Shown: positions 36,001 through 44,704, numbered from the stretch's first letter. The stretch: 64,000 nucleotides of DNA from a virus (IMGVR_UViG_3300023199_000051:32001-96000); one strand, 5' to 3'. The notes: generated by a model from the sequence alone, not told the origin. Made by a program: numbers and translations.

Positions 36001-39000
36001 ATGCGGGCCTTGGTCACCTTGAAGCGGTGCACGGTCTCGGCCTTGTACCGCCACAGCAGGGGCACTTCGTCGATCATGACCCGCACTTCCTTCTGGCCGC
36101 GCAGCTTGTCGGGGTACTTCGTGTAGTAGGCGTGTACGGCATCAGCCCACCGCGTGAAGGCGGCCTCGGTTGGCGCCTCCGACTTGAGCACGAGCTGCCC
36201 ACGCCCCAGCTTGCGCTTGCCTGGAGGCACAGCGTGGATGTAGCTGCCTCGGCTCGTGATGGTGATGATCTGCCACCCAGCCTGCACCAAGCCTTGTTCG
36301 AGCAGCACTTCATTGGACAGCTTGTAGCCGTACTCGCCCCGCGGAACCTTCTTCGACGTACTCTTGCCGTAGCTCGACAGCTGTACGGTGACGGGCACGA
36401 GCTTCGGCAGCGGTGGGCGCTCTTCGGTGGAGGGTTCTGCAGCCGGAGGCTCAGGCGGTGGAGGCGGCTCGGGATCAGCAGTCTTCGGCTCCGGAGGCGG
36501 CTCGGGCGTCTCTCCGATCAGCACTCCGCGGTTGTCCTCGAACCACTTGACGACGTGCTGAAGTACCTGCTCCAGGCCCTCCAGCCCCGTCCTGCGCGAG
36601 GTGTACTTCCGGAAGTCCGGCGCGTCCCAGGTGTCGTGGACGACAGCCTGTGCGGTCAGCTTGCCCACTGGATCCGCATCCTTCTTCCACTCCGAGCCCC
36701 GCTTGTCGGACGCCGAGATGTAGATGCGGTAGTTGGGCGCGTTCTCCTTGATCCCTCCGGGGGCCTTCTCACCCCCCCGCAGCCGGAAGAACTGGACGTT
36801 GACGCTCTGTCCACCGAGGATGGAGCGCTTGTAGACCTCCAAGTAGTAGTCCTCGAACAGCGGCTGCAGCTTCGACCGCAAGAACGTCGCTGCTCGATCG
36901 GCTGCGGTCTGCCCGGGCTCCGGGACCAGTGCAGGTCCGTCATCCGGCTCGGCGGCCGGCGACATCAGCTTGCGGAGTGCCATGGCATCGTCGGAGATGC
37001 CAAGCTGGCGCAGCAGGTACTCCTTCCACAGGCGCCCCCAGAGTACGGAGTGCTTCATCGCATGTGTCAGGGCTCCCTTGCGGGTGCTCTCCTGGACCTT
37101 CACCCAGGTCTCGGGATCTGTCCCTTCACGGGTGATACGCGCAATCCAGTAGTTGTAGCGCTTGTCCACACTGGCCTGGAAGGGAGAGGCGTGCGGCGGG
37201 AGCATGTCGTGCGTATTCTTGCGCAGCCACTTGTCCGCCTTCTTCGGCGACCACCGCTTGTCGGGGACCTCGGGGATAGGCAGGGAAGGCACACGGGGCA
37301 ACCCCTCCTTGTCCTTGGTGAGGGGGCCCGTCATGGCCCATTTGTTCGCGAGGAACAGCGCCTGCTTGGCCGTCATGCCCCGCTCGGCCAGCCACCCGGC
37401 GATGAGCATCTTGGGGAAGGTGGACAGGGCCGCATCTACGTCCTGCGCGCGGGGCAGCATGCTGCTCAGGATGGCGCGAACGCCCCTGTATGCTAGTGGG
37501 ATGGCCTGCTTCAGGGTCGCCTCGTCGGGCACGATGCCGTACTGCGACAGCAGGATGGGGGTGGCGGGCCTCGGAGGCTGTGCGGGCTCTGGAGGTGGTA
37601 CGGGCTCCCCCGGCTCCAGCGGCACATCGGGCACACCGAACATGCCCATCTGCCCGGGACCTGGCGGCGGGGGCGGCAGCGCCTCGCAGCCCACACGACC
37701 GCAGATCATGCGGTACTGGGTCCCGACGGCCTCCCAGACACGGCGGCGTGCCTCGGCGATGGCCTCCGGGTCAGGGCCCGCATCAAGCCACTGCCACTCT
37801 GCGGGGCTGCCCCCCTTACCCGAGGTGATGCTTCCCTTGTGCAGCTGATCCATGGCGTCGTCAAGGATCTCCGCGGCCTGTTCTTCGCCCCCTCTCCGTT
37901 CGGCCTCCTCGGCCCGCTCCAGCTCGTCCCACGCCCAAGAGGTCAGGTCCTTGACCAGCTCATCGAGGGTGTCCTTGCGCAGCGACGTGGCCAGATCCTC
38001 TGCGCGCTCGTACGACCTGTCGATGTCAGCTGCGCGGCCCGGTGCGGCGCGTTTGAGATCGTCCGCCAGCTTCTTGTACAGGTACAGCAGATCGGCATAC
38101 GTGACCGGCTCTTCACCAGTCCTCTCCGTGTACTCTGTGTACTCCTTGGCACCATCGAACAGCGCTCCGAGCTGGGCGATGTCAAGCCGATCAACCCCGT
38201 CCGGGTCGTACCCGATGTCCTCCATCAACCCTTCGAGGAACCGGGAGACCTTACCGTCGGCAGCGGGGGCGGACTGCGCTTCGTCGTACAGCGCCTTCGC
38301 GATGGCCCGGCGCCGGTCTTCATGGCCCGCCTCAAAGTAGGACTCTGCTGCGGCGTGCAGGTGCTGTGGACCCTCTGACACCACGTCTATCACGGCATTG
38401 TCAACCTCATCGTCCGCAACCACCAGGAAGCTGTCGAAGGGGTTGACCTGTGCAGCCTGTACGATCTTGCTGTCCAGGAGCAGCTTGGACAGGACGTAGC
38501 GTGCAAGAGGAGTCGTGGCTTCACCAGAGAGTGGCGCCTCTCCTGGGCTGATGTCTCCCACTGCGTACAGCGCATCGACGAAGGACGTGTCGCCCGGAAG
38601 CGTGTCCCAGAAGTCGTAGACGTAGCGGTACTCACCTGGCTGCAGCACACGCTCAACATTGTCGGACCACGGGCCGTGTTCTGTGGCCTCACGGGCTTGC
38701 TCCACGATCTCGCGAGCGCGCGCGGCATCGACCTCGACAGGCTCTGCGGCCCTTGCACCCTGCTGCCACAGCTCCAGCTCGGCGAAGCCTTTGCCTGTGA
38801 AGGGCCCCTCGGGGATGAGGGTGAAGTAATCGCTGTCCAGCGCAATGCGCGTCGAAGCGCCCGTCTTGGTCTGCTGAACAATGAGATGGTCTCCGACCTG
38901 GCGCTTGATCTCGACCTGGTTGCCTTTGTACTGACCGAGGCGTCCGACAAGATCATCGGTCCCCTCTAGGAGAACTTCGGCCAGCGCCTGCTGCCCCTGC

Positions 39001-39116
39001 TCGGTGTGTAGCCACGTCCAGGCCTTCTTCGCGTCAGGCAGCGTGGACTGCACGGAGGCCAGCCAGCTTACGAAGGAAGCGCGGTCTTGCTCGATCGATT
39101 CGGTTAGCTGAGCCAC
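30039..39116 (-). CDS. ~3025-aa polyvalent protein with a NUDIX hydrolase, a C-terminal protein kinase and a terminal Cys motif
   Basis: TAGTG overlap supports a GTG start at 39116. NUDIX box GHVEESESAMQAAIRETFEEAG (domain ~32220-32600). Kinase LGCGTYGC..VKLTTD..GDLHGGNVM..IIDLG. Most N-terminal modules are unrecognised. Confidence 0.85.
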   Translation of the reverse strand: MAQLTESIEQDRASFVSWLASVQSTLPDAKKAWTWLHTEQGQQALAEVLLEGTDDLVGRLGQYKGNQVEIKRQVGDHLIVQQTKTGASTRIALDSDYFTLIPEGPFTGKGFAELELWQQGARAAEPVEVDAARAREIVEQAREATEHGPWSDNVERVLQPGEYRYVYDFWDTLPGDTSFVDALYAVGDISPGEAPLSGEATTPLARYVLSKLLLDSKIVQAAQVNPFDSFLVVADDEVDNAVIDVVSEGPQHLHAAAESYFEAGHEDRRRAIAKALYDEAQSAPAADGKVSRFLEGLMEDIGYDPDGVDRLDIAQLGALFDGAKEYTEYTERTGEEPVTYADLLYLYKKLADDLKRAAPGRAADIDRSYERAEDLATSLRKDTLDELVKDLTSWAWDELERAEEAERRGGEEQAAEILDDAMDQLHKGSITSGKGGSPAEWQWLDAGPDPEAIAEARRRVWEAVGTQYRMICGRVGCEALPPPPPGPGQMGMFGVPDVPLEPGEPVPPPEPAQPPRPATPILLSQYGIVPDEATLKQAIPLAYRGVRAILSSMLPRAQDVDAALSTFPKMLIAGWLAERGMTAKQALFLANKWAMTGPLTKDKEGLPRVPSLPIPEVPDKRWSPKKADKWLRKNTHDMLPPHASPFQASVDKRYNYWIARITREGTDPETWVKVQESTRKGALTHAMKHSVLWGRLWKEYLLRQLGISDDAMALRKLMSPAAEPDDGPALVPEPGQTAADRAATFLRSKLQPLFEDYYLEVYKRSILGGQSVNVQFFRLRGGEKAPGGIKENAPNYRIYISASDKRGSEWKKDADPVGKLTAQAVVHDTWDAPDFRKYTSRRTGLEGLEQVLQHVVKWFEDNRGVLIGETPEPPPEPKTADPEPPPPPEPPAAEPSTEERPPLPKLVPVTVQLSSYGKSTSKKVPRGEYGYKLSNEVLLEQGLVQAGWQIITITSRGSYIHAVPPGKRKLGRGQLVLKSEAPTEAAFTRWADAVHAYYTKYPDKLRGQKEVRVMIDEVPLLWRYKAETVHRFKVTKARIGMGKGGMGLHQTEEPTYDETRMPASLTLYIPGGNLERRWRDALDPVTTVKAIVYGQPSPPKPRTEPSGSSDRESSWESPVYGKVRVVEGAKGRRATWHNIHATVSGKKMRYGWNGKRWARKQTPPDRLKQEVIDHGWGPLFGWEAGPPPPEPGGGEEAEDPHLTPEQLVTPTFKMKKKYGPTEYSTKKLPHRLRGLGPDTQREGDFPKRKWVVDFQRDDGTWVEDKVREPLYLMHEQDWREAARRYNVLDLIEEREPASLTLDWHGGDTAVIFTPEGGLGFQVARAWAKAANSNVYMVRVLFASEAVPEGPDNRHYLTRDGGLKTLPSVGAWPTGDSSVHFTTKDAAKAAAGDFAATKKQLPMPEPPAIPVGTSWQRGDVEYSVSQWYPQANAEAKDFPPHLRRPEGVYGVDAGQQRLVVWTLTELWDQLQGADAITKRAEGREAAEQARKAAEAAEIAAEEDTDGFADQFSPMKRGRIIKILNKQIGLSGVFKTRKQHARDLVAEGWRVKERRGQRVLEGPDGSFYDDDNVTTKTMLDYVQWLTDRASEEQGSLPHGFDSFKGTGTATTAAPAFEKANEKLVRGVSFKMKDRGGPGSTKRTYTITDQPHQGLRIAVPRSPDRIGIRRIANVKPGLRHGGQLHRAVAIVVSPVELKGHAHRVGINAYLPDNAAYDVSPSSYWVGTFGIVPLEQVPSQGKVSTKVGSAEYTGQLSKAIKKYKKRLGIKSIRQNYKGTGRNKHRRQLYLRFKNGAVMDIWLESSGVTFGGVVMRGGRGRKPSSVPYNDRSAKEVSADVRREIHSWLHGDEAQVPLSLKVPDNVYDEWTMLEVDTLHEHSSKGKQAFVAAMEDAEERNRRWIIPLTPEALRYLYSSSGPINNTLDVLSDRVEYEQGDEKRDTKKLIKALRAINLPALPATENLHTARPLPAARAAAASFTESLPVRSSGDIARDVITWVRGKAGEGEPYSQIAADIAQLEAEGRPASDSRWFRILLEIIKEDRVGYRSTADNQSAAHQLSPSFQYKGRGKLEPAAYDDSVVHAWVFEDDTRVRVGVVYEVADHTFEVAYAIGPSFIPQEVAAGFGDEEDALRAAGRWMDHLEDVHGDSPDTPLYKLATEAKHRFEEGGELPRTAPVIHSAGLAIVRPGEILVVHPTGGSWRKGFSIPKGHVEESESAMQAAIRETFEEAGLDMEAEGFKGPYEVYKADGSKKVTYWVVDASRLDLPDEVSEDNLRSPHEVDWAGFIPVQDARKQLSGYQLPVLDHVPAAVVAPGEDAGEYKPSLTSARFQRIHADALAPPGATKWVTQLITDFATNSQWSRHLAEHGFGGMELDEVQWRKRASTLNAIWRHRSSPIAVGVVVRPVKKRLRYAAYAEGLPGGATSKARQRPKAPRKSVPSPTAIFPDRWLDYLEAEYGGTSGTSPTPRMRAAVGTGSVDLLTKTQQGYLSDLIERVQGRKPPLVGFKLLNVRVEPPPHSRGFVALMNPQTEQQLVFVLPPQGSPYPFASMVPPVDPRPGEIVIDASTLVTDQVAALRVPQSSIESALKPQLPPGYRVGATRKYTVVYDQHGNMVARGRTEHKARRGAQKRLKGRLAEMLLDAEQSGRGHAHDDRGRPVDVGISFGPNLTREQLGTLFEVEQLLRRLGVTFDTGFAFGSGTRDWEWDWSLEGPVEVTFRKFSEAEDRVGQQRGVQRAIERLPAGAVACVAGGDRIRVSGDGDDVVSTSAYLRRAQWPRLERAAKSILAKHGYPLGDKHLGCGTYGCVYDLTNDPDKVVKLTTDWSEAAAAQVVLDHEDWTELPALARIDCVYALTPMPDGEPLWAIVQQKLKPLDWRAEDFLGSSAAGSLAAILLTRGWDRQDPELDEALENLDGWARAMLDSDQLQQYKRVISTIEALHNEVGVQWGDLHGGNVMQDAEGNWKIIDLGVSKSAGADVGRLEALPLRVWTTCEQGHREKLNEVQVNAGNRVRCKRASGCYQCKRVGKLEGL

Positions 39117-39649
39117 TACTTCCCCCCGAAGAATGCTGCGTATCCCAGCATCCCCACAACGGCACCTCCGACCAGGAGGGCCCCCATCTTCGCGGTGTCC
39201 CCCTCCCACCATGACGGCTCGTACCCTTCCTCCTCCGCCTGCGGATGCCTCCGCCCGAACAAGGGCCGCTTGTTGCCAAAGAGCTTCAGCTTGGTCTTGC
39301 TCTTCGCCACAGGTGCGAAGTCGTCATTCTCATCGAGCTGCCCGATCAGTACACGCTTGCGTGCTGCGCGGAACCGACGACGCACCTTCGACACCCGAAT
39401 GCCGCGGCGCTCGGCGTCCTCTTCCATGAGCGCATCCAGCTCCCGCGAGCACTGGCCCTCCAGGTCGGGACCTGGGTTCTTGAGCACGTTGGCCATGTCT
39501 TCGAGGTCGTACTCGCCAGGCCGGTTGAGCCCCACGTACTCGACGTACCGATTGCACGCCGAGGGCCGGTGGCTCACCGGTGTGATCTCAGGAGCAAGGG
39601 CGCCGGAGGTAGCGGCGGGATAGTAGGATGGATGGGCAAATGGTTGCAC
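39116..39649 (-). CDS. Hypothetical protein with a C-terminal TM
   Basis: C-terminal MGALLVGGAVVGMLGYAAFF. Start is uncertain (no RBS at 39649). Confidence 0.55.
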   Translation of the reverse strand: MQPFAHPSYYPAATSGALAPEITPVSHRPSACNRYVEYVGLNRPGEYDLEDMANVLKNPGPDLEGQCSRELDALMEEDAERRGIRVSKVRRRFRAARKRVLIGQLDENDDFAPVAKSKTKLKLFGNKRPLFGRRHPQAEEEGYEPSWWEGDTAKMGALLVGGAVVGMLGYAAFFGGK

Positions 39650-39662
39650 AGGAGGCTCGCTT

Positions 39663-42600
39663 ATGGCTGCACAGGATCATAGCCGGTTGAGGCGTCGAGC
39701 ACCGATCGACATGGATGATGCTCCCGGTGACCTGCCGGAGCGCGGCGTCGTCGAGCCTCTGTCGCTGGCCGATGCTGCTCGGACTTACCGGGCGCTGGGC
39801 ACCCTTGGCCGGAAGATCCTGCCCTACCTCGAACAAGCCCGAGACGTCGTGTGCACACCGGTCGGGCGCCGCACTGTGATCAAGTCGCTGGACTACGTGT
39901 GCGCCACGCAAGCCAAGTCCCGTGTCAGCCGCAAGGCCCTCAGGGTCGAGCCCAAACTCGTCGAGAGACTGGCTACCACCATCGAGCGGTCACCCTGTGG
40001 CTGCGGCGTGTCGCCTGCGCAGCAGAAGCGTGCCGTGGAGTACCTGCACGCGCTGTCGCAGACCATCGAGCCGGTCCCTATCGGTGGCGGTGAGACGATC
40101 TACTCCGGCGAGATGGGCGTCGATGCAGCCGCCATGTGGCAGATGATGACCCAGGACCTGTACGGCGACAACGACCTCGTTGCGCTAGCGGTCCGCGAGG
40201 CCCTGCAGAACAGCTCCGACGCCGTCAACACGGCACAGCGTTCGCGCGGGGAGCACGGCATCACGCCGGGTGAAGGGTACTTCGCTGTCACCTGGGAGGA
40301 AGACGAGGGTGGTGAGACAGGCACGCTGACCTTCGAGGACAACGGCGTCGGGATGAACCAGGACATTCTCATCAACAAGTTCCTGGTGCTTGGCGCCACC
40401 GGCAAGGGCGAGGACGTGGAGAGTGTGGGCGGCTTCGGGGTCGCCAAGGCCGTCATCCTCGGCGTGACCCCGACAGGGCGGTGGGAGGTTCACACCCGCG
40501 ATCTGGGCGCCAAGCCCATTCCGGGTTCGATGTCCTACGACGTCTACCGCATGCCCTACCGACAAGGCACCAAGATCGTCTGCTACGACGTCCCCACCAA
40601 GGACATGTACAGCCGCGTGTTCAGCGCCTGGTACGCGGTCGAGCAGCGCATCAAGGCCATCCTCGCCTTCAGTGACACTGGCCGCATCGACCTGCTGTAC
40701 AACGGGCTGCCCGTGACCACGAGCTTTCCACGTCGCCGCGGCTTCCACCTGAAGTACGCCGACCTCGACTGGGGTGATGGCAATGAGGTCACCGTCAAGC
40801 GCTACCGCCGCACGGCAGGGACAGGTTCTGGCAACTTCTACGTCCGGCTGGTCACAGGCAGCGGCGTGGGCGAGTCGAGCCTCATCCAGTTCACAGAGGG
40901 TCCAGGCGGTGACACGATCATGAAGTCGGACATCGTCATCGACATCCGCACGACCAACCGGCCCCGCGACACCGAGTACCCCCTCAATGCCAGCCGCGAC
41001 CGCTTCAAGAGTGCGTCGAGTGCTAGCTGGGCCTTCCGTCAGCTCAAGGAGACGTTCATCCGCGAGTCGGCCAGCGCCGATGAAGATCGGGAGTATGACA
41101 CGCTGCTTCCAGACTCATCCGACCCCAAGGAGCGGAAGGGAGCGGAGCAGTTCGGTGCGGCTATGCGGAAGGTGATGGAGGACGATGACTTCAAGGCGAT
41201 GTACGACGAGGTCATGGGCGTCGCCTCCGAGTTCTACGAAGAGCAGCAAGAGGTGAAACAGGAGCCAGACGTCTCCAAGGGAGAGCGTCAGGTACCCGTA
41301 CCTGGGGAGAAGAAGCCGGATCCCTATGCAGGCTGGCGGCAAGTGCAGCGTGCCATTCCGAAGACGGCCGAAGAGGCCGACACGACTGAAGGGCGCAGGA
41401 AGCTCGGTGAGGCCATCGAGGTGGTCCTCACTGACATCGAAGGTGGGAAGCCGGGGCAGCTCGTGTGGGGTGACACCAAGGATGCCCTCACGAGCTTGCA
41501 GGCTGGAGGCAGCATCAACGACTGGCAAGCCAAGGCGCTGCTCGATGCCTTCGACAAGGCCCCTGACATCCAGGCCAAGGACAAGGACCAGGTCGGTACG
41601 AGCAACGTAGCGACCAGCATGACGCTGTCCGAGCTGGGCAAGCGGGTCAGCGATCTTGTACAGCGCAATCCAGCTGTGCCCGCCTACGTCAAGGAGGAGG
41701 TGAAGAAGAAGGCAAGCAAGGTCAACCCGTTCGGCACGGCAGGTGCGGTCAAGATCAGCCGTCAGAACTACGACAAGCGCAAGGCCCGGCGCTTCCTGAA
41801 GAAGGCTGCGAAGTACATCCCCATGCTCGTGCTGTGGGACATCACGCTACGCATGATCGCGCAGGAGGGTGGCGTTCAGATCCCCTTCCGCCCCGGCTTT
41901 GTCCTCGACGACACCGTGCGGGGTGTGTGCGCCTCGGAAGGCGAAGCGGGCAGCTACGAGTTTCGCAACTACGTGATGGTTCATCCTGACCGCCTCAAGG
42001 AGACCGTCAAGGCCCACAAGAACCACCCGAACGCCATCGCCACCTACCTACACACGGTCGCGTGCCACGAGATCGCACACCTCCCCCGCATCGGGCAGGG
42101 CCACAACGAGAGCTTCGTCGTTGCTCGCGAAGACCTGGCCTTTGGCACGGCACACCTGCTGCCCGCCATCGAGAAGGCAGTCGTCAAGACGCTCAAGCTC
42201 GACCCCAAGCCAAGCAAGGCGCTGCGGAAGAAGCTCAATGCTGCCCGCCGTGAAGGCCGCAAGCAGGGTCGTGACCAGTATCGCGACAAGGTCAAGAAGC
42301 TGCGGAAGCAGCTCCGAGAGCTAGAGGCCGATGCTGCCAAGGACGACAGGGACGTGGACAAGCTGCTCGACGAGTACGAGGACATTCGCCAGGACCGGGA
42401 TCGCCTCAAGCGCATCGTCGAGAGTCGACAGGAGGCTACTGGCGCGCTGGTGGCACGCCTCAACGCCCTGGTCGACTACCACGACTTCCGCGCGTGGCTC
42501 AAGCAGAGCGGCACTCCGTTCCTACCAGAAGGGACCAGCGCTCTCGACTTCCTGGACTGGCTCGATCAGCACCCTCGTATGGCAGCTGATGCCTTCTTGG

Positions 42601-42734
42601 AGACGTCCGGCGTCGAACAGCTCCGCGTTCAGATGCGCACTGATCCTCGCATGCCCGAGGAGTACCAGAAGATCATCGAGGAGGGCGGGCAGAAGTCCAC
42701 GCTGACACACAAGTTCATCCCCGACCTCCAGTGA
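39663..42734 (+). CDS. GHKL (Hsp90/MORC-like) ATPase fused to an HExxH zincin-like domain and coiled coil
   Basis: VREALQNSSDA, EDNGVGM, LGATGK..GGFGVAK, GTKI; CHEIAH..HNESF; GGAGG RBS. Confidence 0.8.
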   Translation: MAAQDHSRLRRRAPIDMDDAPGDLPERGVVEPLSLADAARTYRALGTLGRKILPYLEQARDVVCTPVGRRTVIKSLDYVCATQAKSRVSRKALRVEPKLVERLATTIERSPCGCGVSPAQQKRAVEYLHALSQTIEPVPIGGGETIYSGEMGVDAAAMWQMMTQDLYGDNDLVALAVREALQNSSDAVNTAQRSRGEHGITPGEGYFAVTWEEDEGGETGTLTFEDNGVGMNQDILINKFLVLGATGKGEDVESVGGFGVAKAVILGVTPTGRWEVHTRDLGAKPIPGSMSYDVYRMPYRQGTKIVCYDVPTKDMYSRVFSAWYAVEQRIKAILAFSDTGRIDLLYNGLPVTTSFPRRRGFHLKYADLDWGDGNEVTVKRYRRTAGTGSGNFYVRLVTGSGVGESSLIQFTEGPGGDTIMKSDIVIDIRTTNRPRDTEYPLNASRDRFKSASSASWAFRQLKETFIRESASADEDREYDTLLPDSSDPKERKGAEQFGAAMRKVMEDDDFKAMYDEVMGVASEFYEEQQEVKQEPDVSKGERQVPVPGEKKPDPYAGWRQVQRAIPKTAEEADTTEGRRKLGEAIEVVLTDIEGGKPGQLVWGDTKDALTSLQAGGSINDWQAKALLDAFDKAPDIQAKDKDQVGTSNVATSMTLSELGKRVSDLVQRNPAVPAYVKEEVKKKASKVNPFGTAGAVKISRQNYDKRKARRFLKKAAKYIPMLVLWDITLRMIAQEGGVQIPFRPGFVLDDTVRGVCASEGEAGSYEFRNYVMVHPDRLKETVKAHKNHPNAIATYLHTVACHEIAHLPRIGQGHNESFVVAREDLAFGTAHLLPAIEKAVVKTLKLDPKPSKALRKKLNAARREGRKQGRDQYRDKVKKLRKQLRELEADAAKDDRDVDKLLDEYEDIRQDRDRLKRIVESRQEATGALVARLNALVDYHDFRAWLKQSGTPFLPEGTSALDFLDWLDQHPRMAADAFLETSGVEQLRVQMRTDPRMPEEYQKIIEEGGQKSTLTHKFIPDLQ

Positions 42735-42752
42735 TCCCAGGAGTCTACTCCT

Positions 42753-43259
42753 ATGCTGCCCTTCTACAGGGTGATCGTCGCCCCTCGTTTCCTGGGACTG
42801 CTCTCCGAGCTGGCCCCGATCAGCATCGGCAACATCACCATCTGGCCTTTCGTCATCGTCCGCGACTCCATGGGAGAAGTTGAGGAGCGGCATGAAGCCA
42901 TCCACGTCCTCCAGCAGGGAGAGTGTGCCGTGCTGGTTGTCCTGGCTTTGCTCGCCGCAGCTGCCCTGACCACCCCCCTGCTCCTGTTCCTGCTCCCCTT
43001 CCTGCTGCCTGCCGGATGGCCGCTGTACGCGCCGCTGTACTACAGCTCCTACGCCATTGCATGGCTGTGGTACTCGAAGTCATGGAAGACGCGAGCTGCA
43101 GACCTCCAGAACCGCTGGGGCCTACGGCGCAAGCCCAACACCCGCGGCAAGGTGGCCTACCTGTCCATCCCCTTCGAGCAAGAGGCGTATGCCAACGAGG
43201 ACAGCAAGTCCTACCTCGACAAACGCCCCCTGCTTGCCTGGGTGCGATTCTCTGTCTAG
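42753..43259 (+). CDS. Membrane-associated HExxH protein (uncharacterised family)
   Basis: RHEAIHVLQQ, TM stretch, AYLSIPFEQEAYANE..YL..R..AW. Confidence 0.7.
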   Translation: MLPFYRVIVAPRFLGLLSELAPISIGNITIWPFVIVRDSMGEVEERHEAIHVLQQGECAVLVVLALLAAAALTTPLLLFLLPFLLPAGWPLYAPLYYSSYAIAWLWYSKSWKTRAADLQNRWGLRRKPNTRGKVAYLSIPFEQEAYANEDSKSYLDKRPLLAWVRFSV

Positions 43260-43263
43260 CAGC

Positions 43264-43644
43264 TCATCCTGCATCCTCAGTCTGTCGGGCCTTCCGGTGG
43301 GCACTGAGCACTCGCCGCATTTCTGGCTTGCTACGCGACACCGTGCGGATTTGATGGCTCCGATCGAGTAGCACATTGCTGCCCTGCTTCGCGCAGTGAT
43401 CGGTCTCGCCATTGTCCCACCACACCCGATCTCCGGCTGCGAGAGGGCACATGCCGTCAGACGTCCACTTCTTCCAACGCACGACGACGCCGCGGTAGTC
43501 GTGCCCGCCACCTGCATCACCCAGCTCTACAACACGCATGGTGCGGTAGTTGGTCTGGCCTGCCTTCCAGCAAAGGTCATCTGGCACCGCACGCCTCCTG
43601 GCTCTCAGAGCACTACACCATGAGACTGTAGCGTGTCGTGCCAC
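43264..43644 (-). CDS. Hypothetical protein
   Basis: Fills the gap between 43259 and the HNH gene; no recognisable motif; start is uncertain. Confidence 0.35.
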   Translation of the reverse strand: MARHATVSWCSALRARRRAVPDDLCWKAGQTNYRTMRVVELGDAGGGHDYRGVVVRWKKWTSDGMCPLAAGDRVWWDNGETDHCAKQGSNVLLDRSHQIRTVSRSKPEMRRVLSAHRKARQTEDAG

Positions 43645-43650
43645 AAGATG

Positions 43651-44244
43651 CTAGGCAGCGCCTACGAACTGCTGCCAGTCTTCGGGGAGCCCTTGCTTCT
43701 GCAGGATGATGCGCAAGCTCTCGCGCGCATTTGGCTGTGACGGTCGCTGGGGCAGGAAGCCGGCCTCTTCAGGTGTCTTGTCTCCCTTGGCGTGGTTGCA
43801 CGGCTTGCAGGCCGTCACCACGTTGTCCCAGCCCGTGACCGGTACCTTGTGCCCACTCCACGGCAGCTTGACCAGCACGCGACGCTCAGTGCCGCGACGG
43901 ACCTCGAAGCTCCGCGAGCGCGGCACGACGTGGTCGAGGGTGAGCTTGTGGGTTGCTGGAGAGCCGTCACGCCGCAGGGGCCGGATCCCGCAGTACACGC
44001 AGGCGTACCGGTCGCGGGCGAAGACGTTGGCACGCTTGTAGCGCACCCGGCCACCATCGCTGACATACTCCTTGACGGCCACGACGCTGGGCCACGCCAT
44101 CTCGAAGTTTGCCGAGCGAATGACCTTGCCAGCTGCTTCGCAGATCACGTTGACCTTCTCGGCGAGGATCAGGCACACAGCCCGCTCCCACGACACGACG
44201 TGGAGCGGTGCGAAGTCGGCGTTGAGTACGAGTACGGAGTCCAT
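43651..44244 (-). CDS. HNH endonuclease (McrA-like)
   Basis: VLVLNADFAPL..NVFARDRYACVYCG..TLDHVVPRSR..NVVTACKPCNHAKG. The true start is ATG 44244; the longer track ORF runs through tRNA genes. Confidence 0.9.
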   Translation of the reverse strand: MDSVLVLNADFAPLHVVSWERAVCLILAEKVNVICEAAGKVIRSANFEMAWPSVVAVKEYVSDGGRVRYKRANVFARDRYACVYCGIRPLRRDGSPATHKLTLDHVVPRSRSFEVRRGTERRVLVKLPWSGHKVPVTGWDNVVTACKPCNHAKGDKTPEEAGFLPQRPSQPNARESLRIILQKQGLPEDWQQFVGAA

Positions 44245-44298
44245 GACGATCGTCCCTGCCGGAGAATCTACATCGCGTGTGCATGGTCTGCAACAAAG

Positions 44299-44374
44299 TG
44301 GCGCCCTCGGCAGGGCTCGAACCTGCACCCGTCGGCTTAGGAGGCCGCCGCTCCTCCAGTTGAGCTTCGAGGGC
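44299..44374 (-). tRNA. trnR: tRNA-Arg(CCT)
   Basis: Acceptor GCCCTCG/CGAGGGC, loop CT-CCT-AA, TTCGA T-loop, encoded CCA. Confidence 0.85.
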
Positions 44375-44378
44375 ATTG

Positions 44379-44455
44379 TGGAGCGCCCAGGGGGACTCGA
44401 ACCCGCCAACGCACGGCTTAGAACACCGGTGCTCATCCAGTTGAGCTTCAGGCGC
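44379..44455 (-). tRNA. trnR: tRNA-Arg(TCT)
   Basis: Acceptor GCGCCTG, loop GT-TCT-AA, CCA. Confidence 0.75.
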
Positions 44456-44460
44456 ATGTA

Positions 44461-44537
44461 TGGAGCTGCCGGCGGGAGTCGAACCCGCACCTCCAGGGAT
44501 GAAAACCCCGGCGACCTTCCAGTGGTTCCACGGCAGC
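44461..44537 (-). tRNA. trnE: tRNA-Glu(TTC)
   Basis: Acceptor GCTGCCG/CGGCAGC, loop TT-TTC-AT, CCA. Confidence 0.8.
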
Positions 44538-44543
44538 GTGAAG

Positions 44544-44618
44544 TGGTGCGCAGACAGGGACTCGAACCCTGGACAGCCCCCATGTAAAGGGGGATCCTCA
44601 CCGTTCGGACTTCTGCGC
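44544..44618 (-). tRNA. trnV: tRNA-Val(TAC)
   Basis: Stem CCCCC/GGGGG, loop TT-TAC-AT, A73, CCA. Confidence 0.85.
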
Positions 44619-44621
44619 AGA

Positions 44622-44697
44622 TGGTGGAGCCAGTGAGAATCGAACTCACCACAGCTTGCTTGCAAGGCAGGCTCGCCCCCTTGGAACATGTGACCCC
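44622..44697 (-). tRNA. trnA: tRNA-Ala(TGC)
   Basis: G3:U70 pair, loop CT-TGC-AA, CCA. Confidence 0.9.
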
Positions 44698-44704
44698 ATC
44701 GCAG

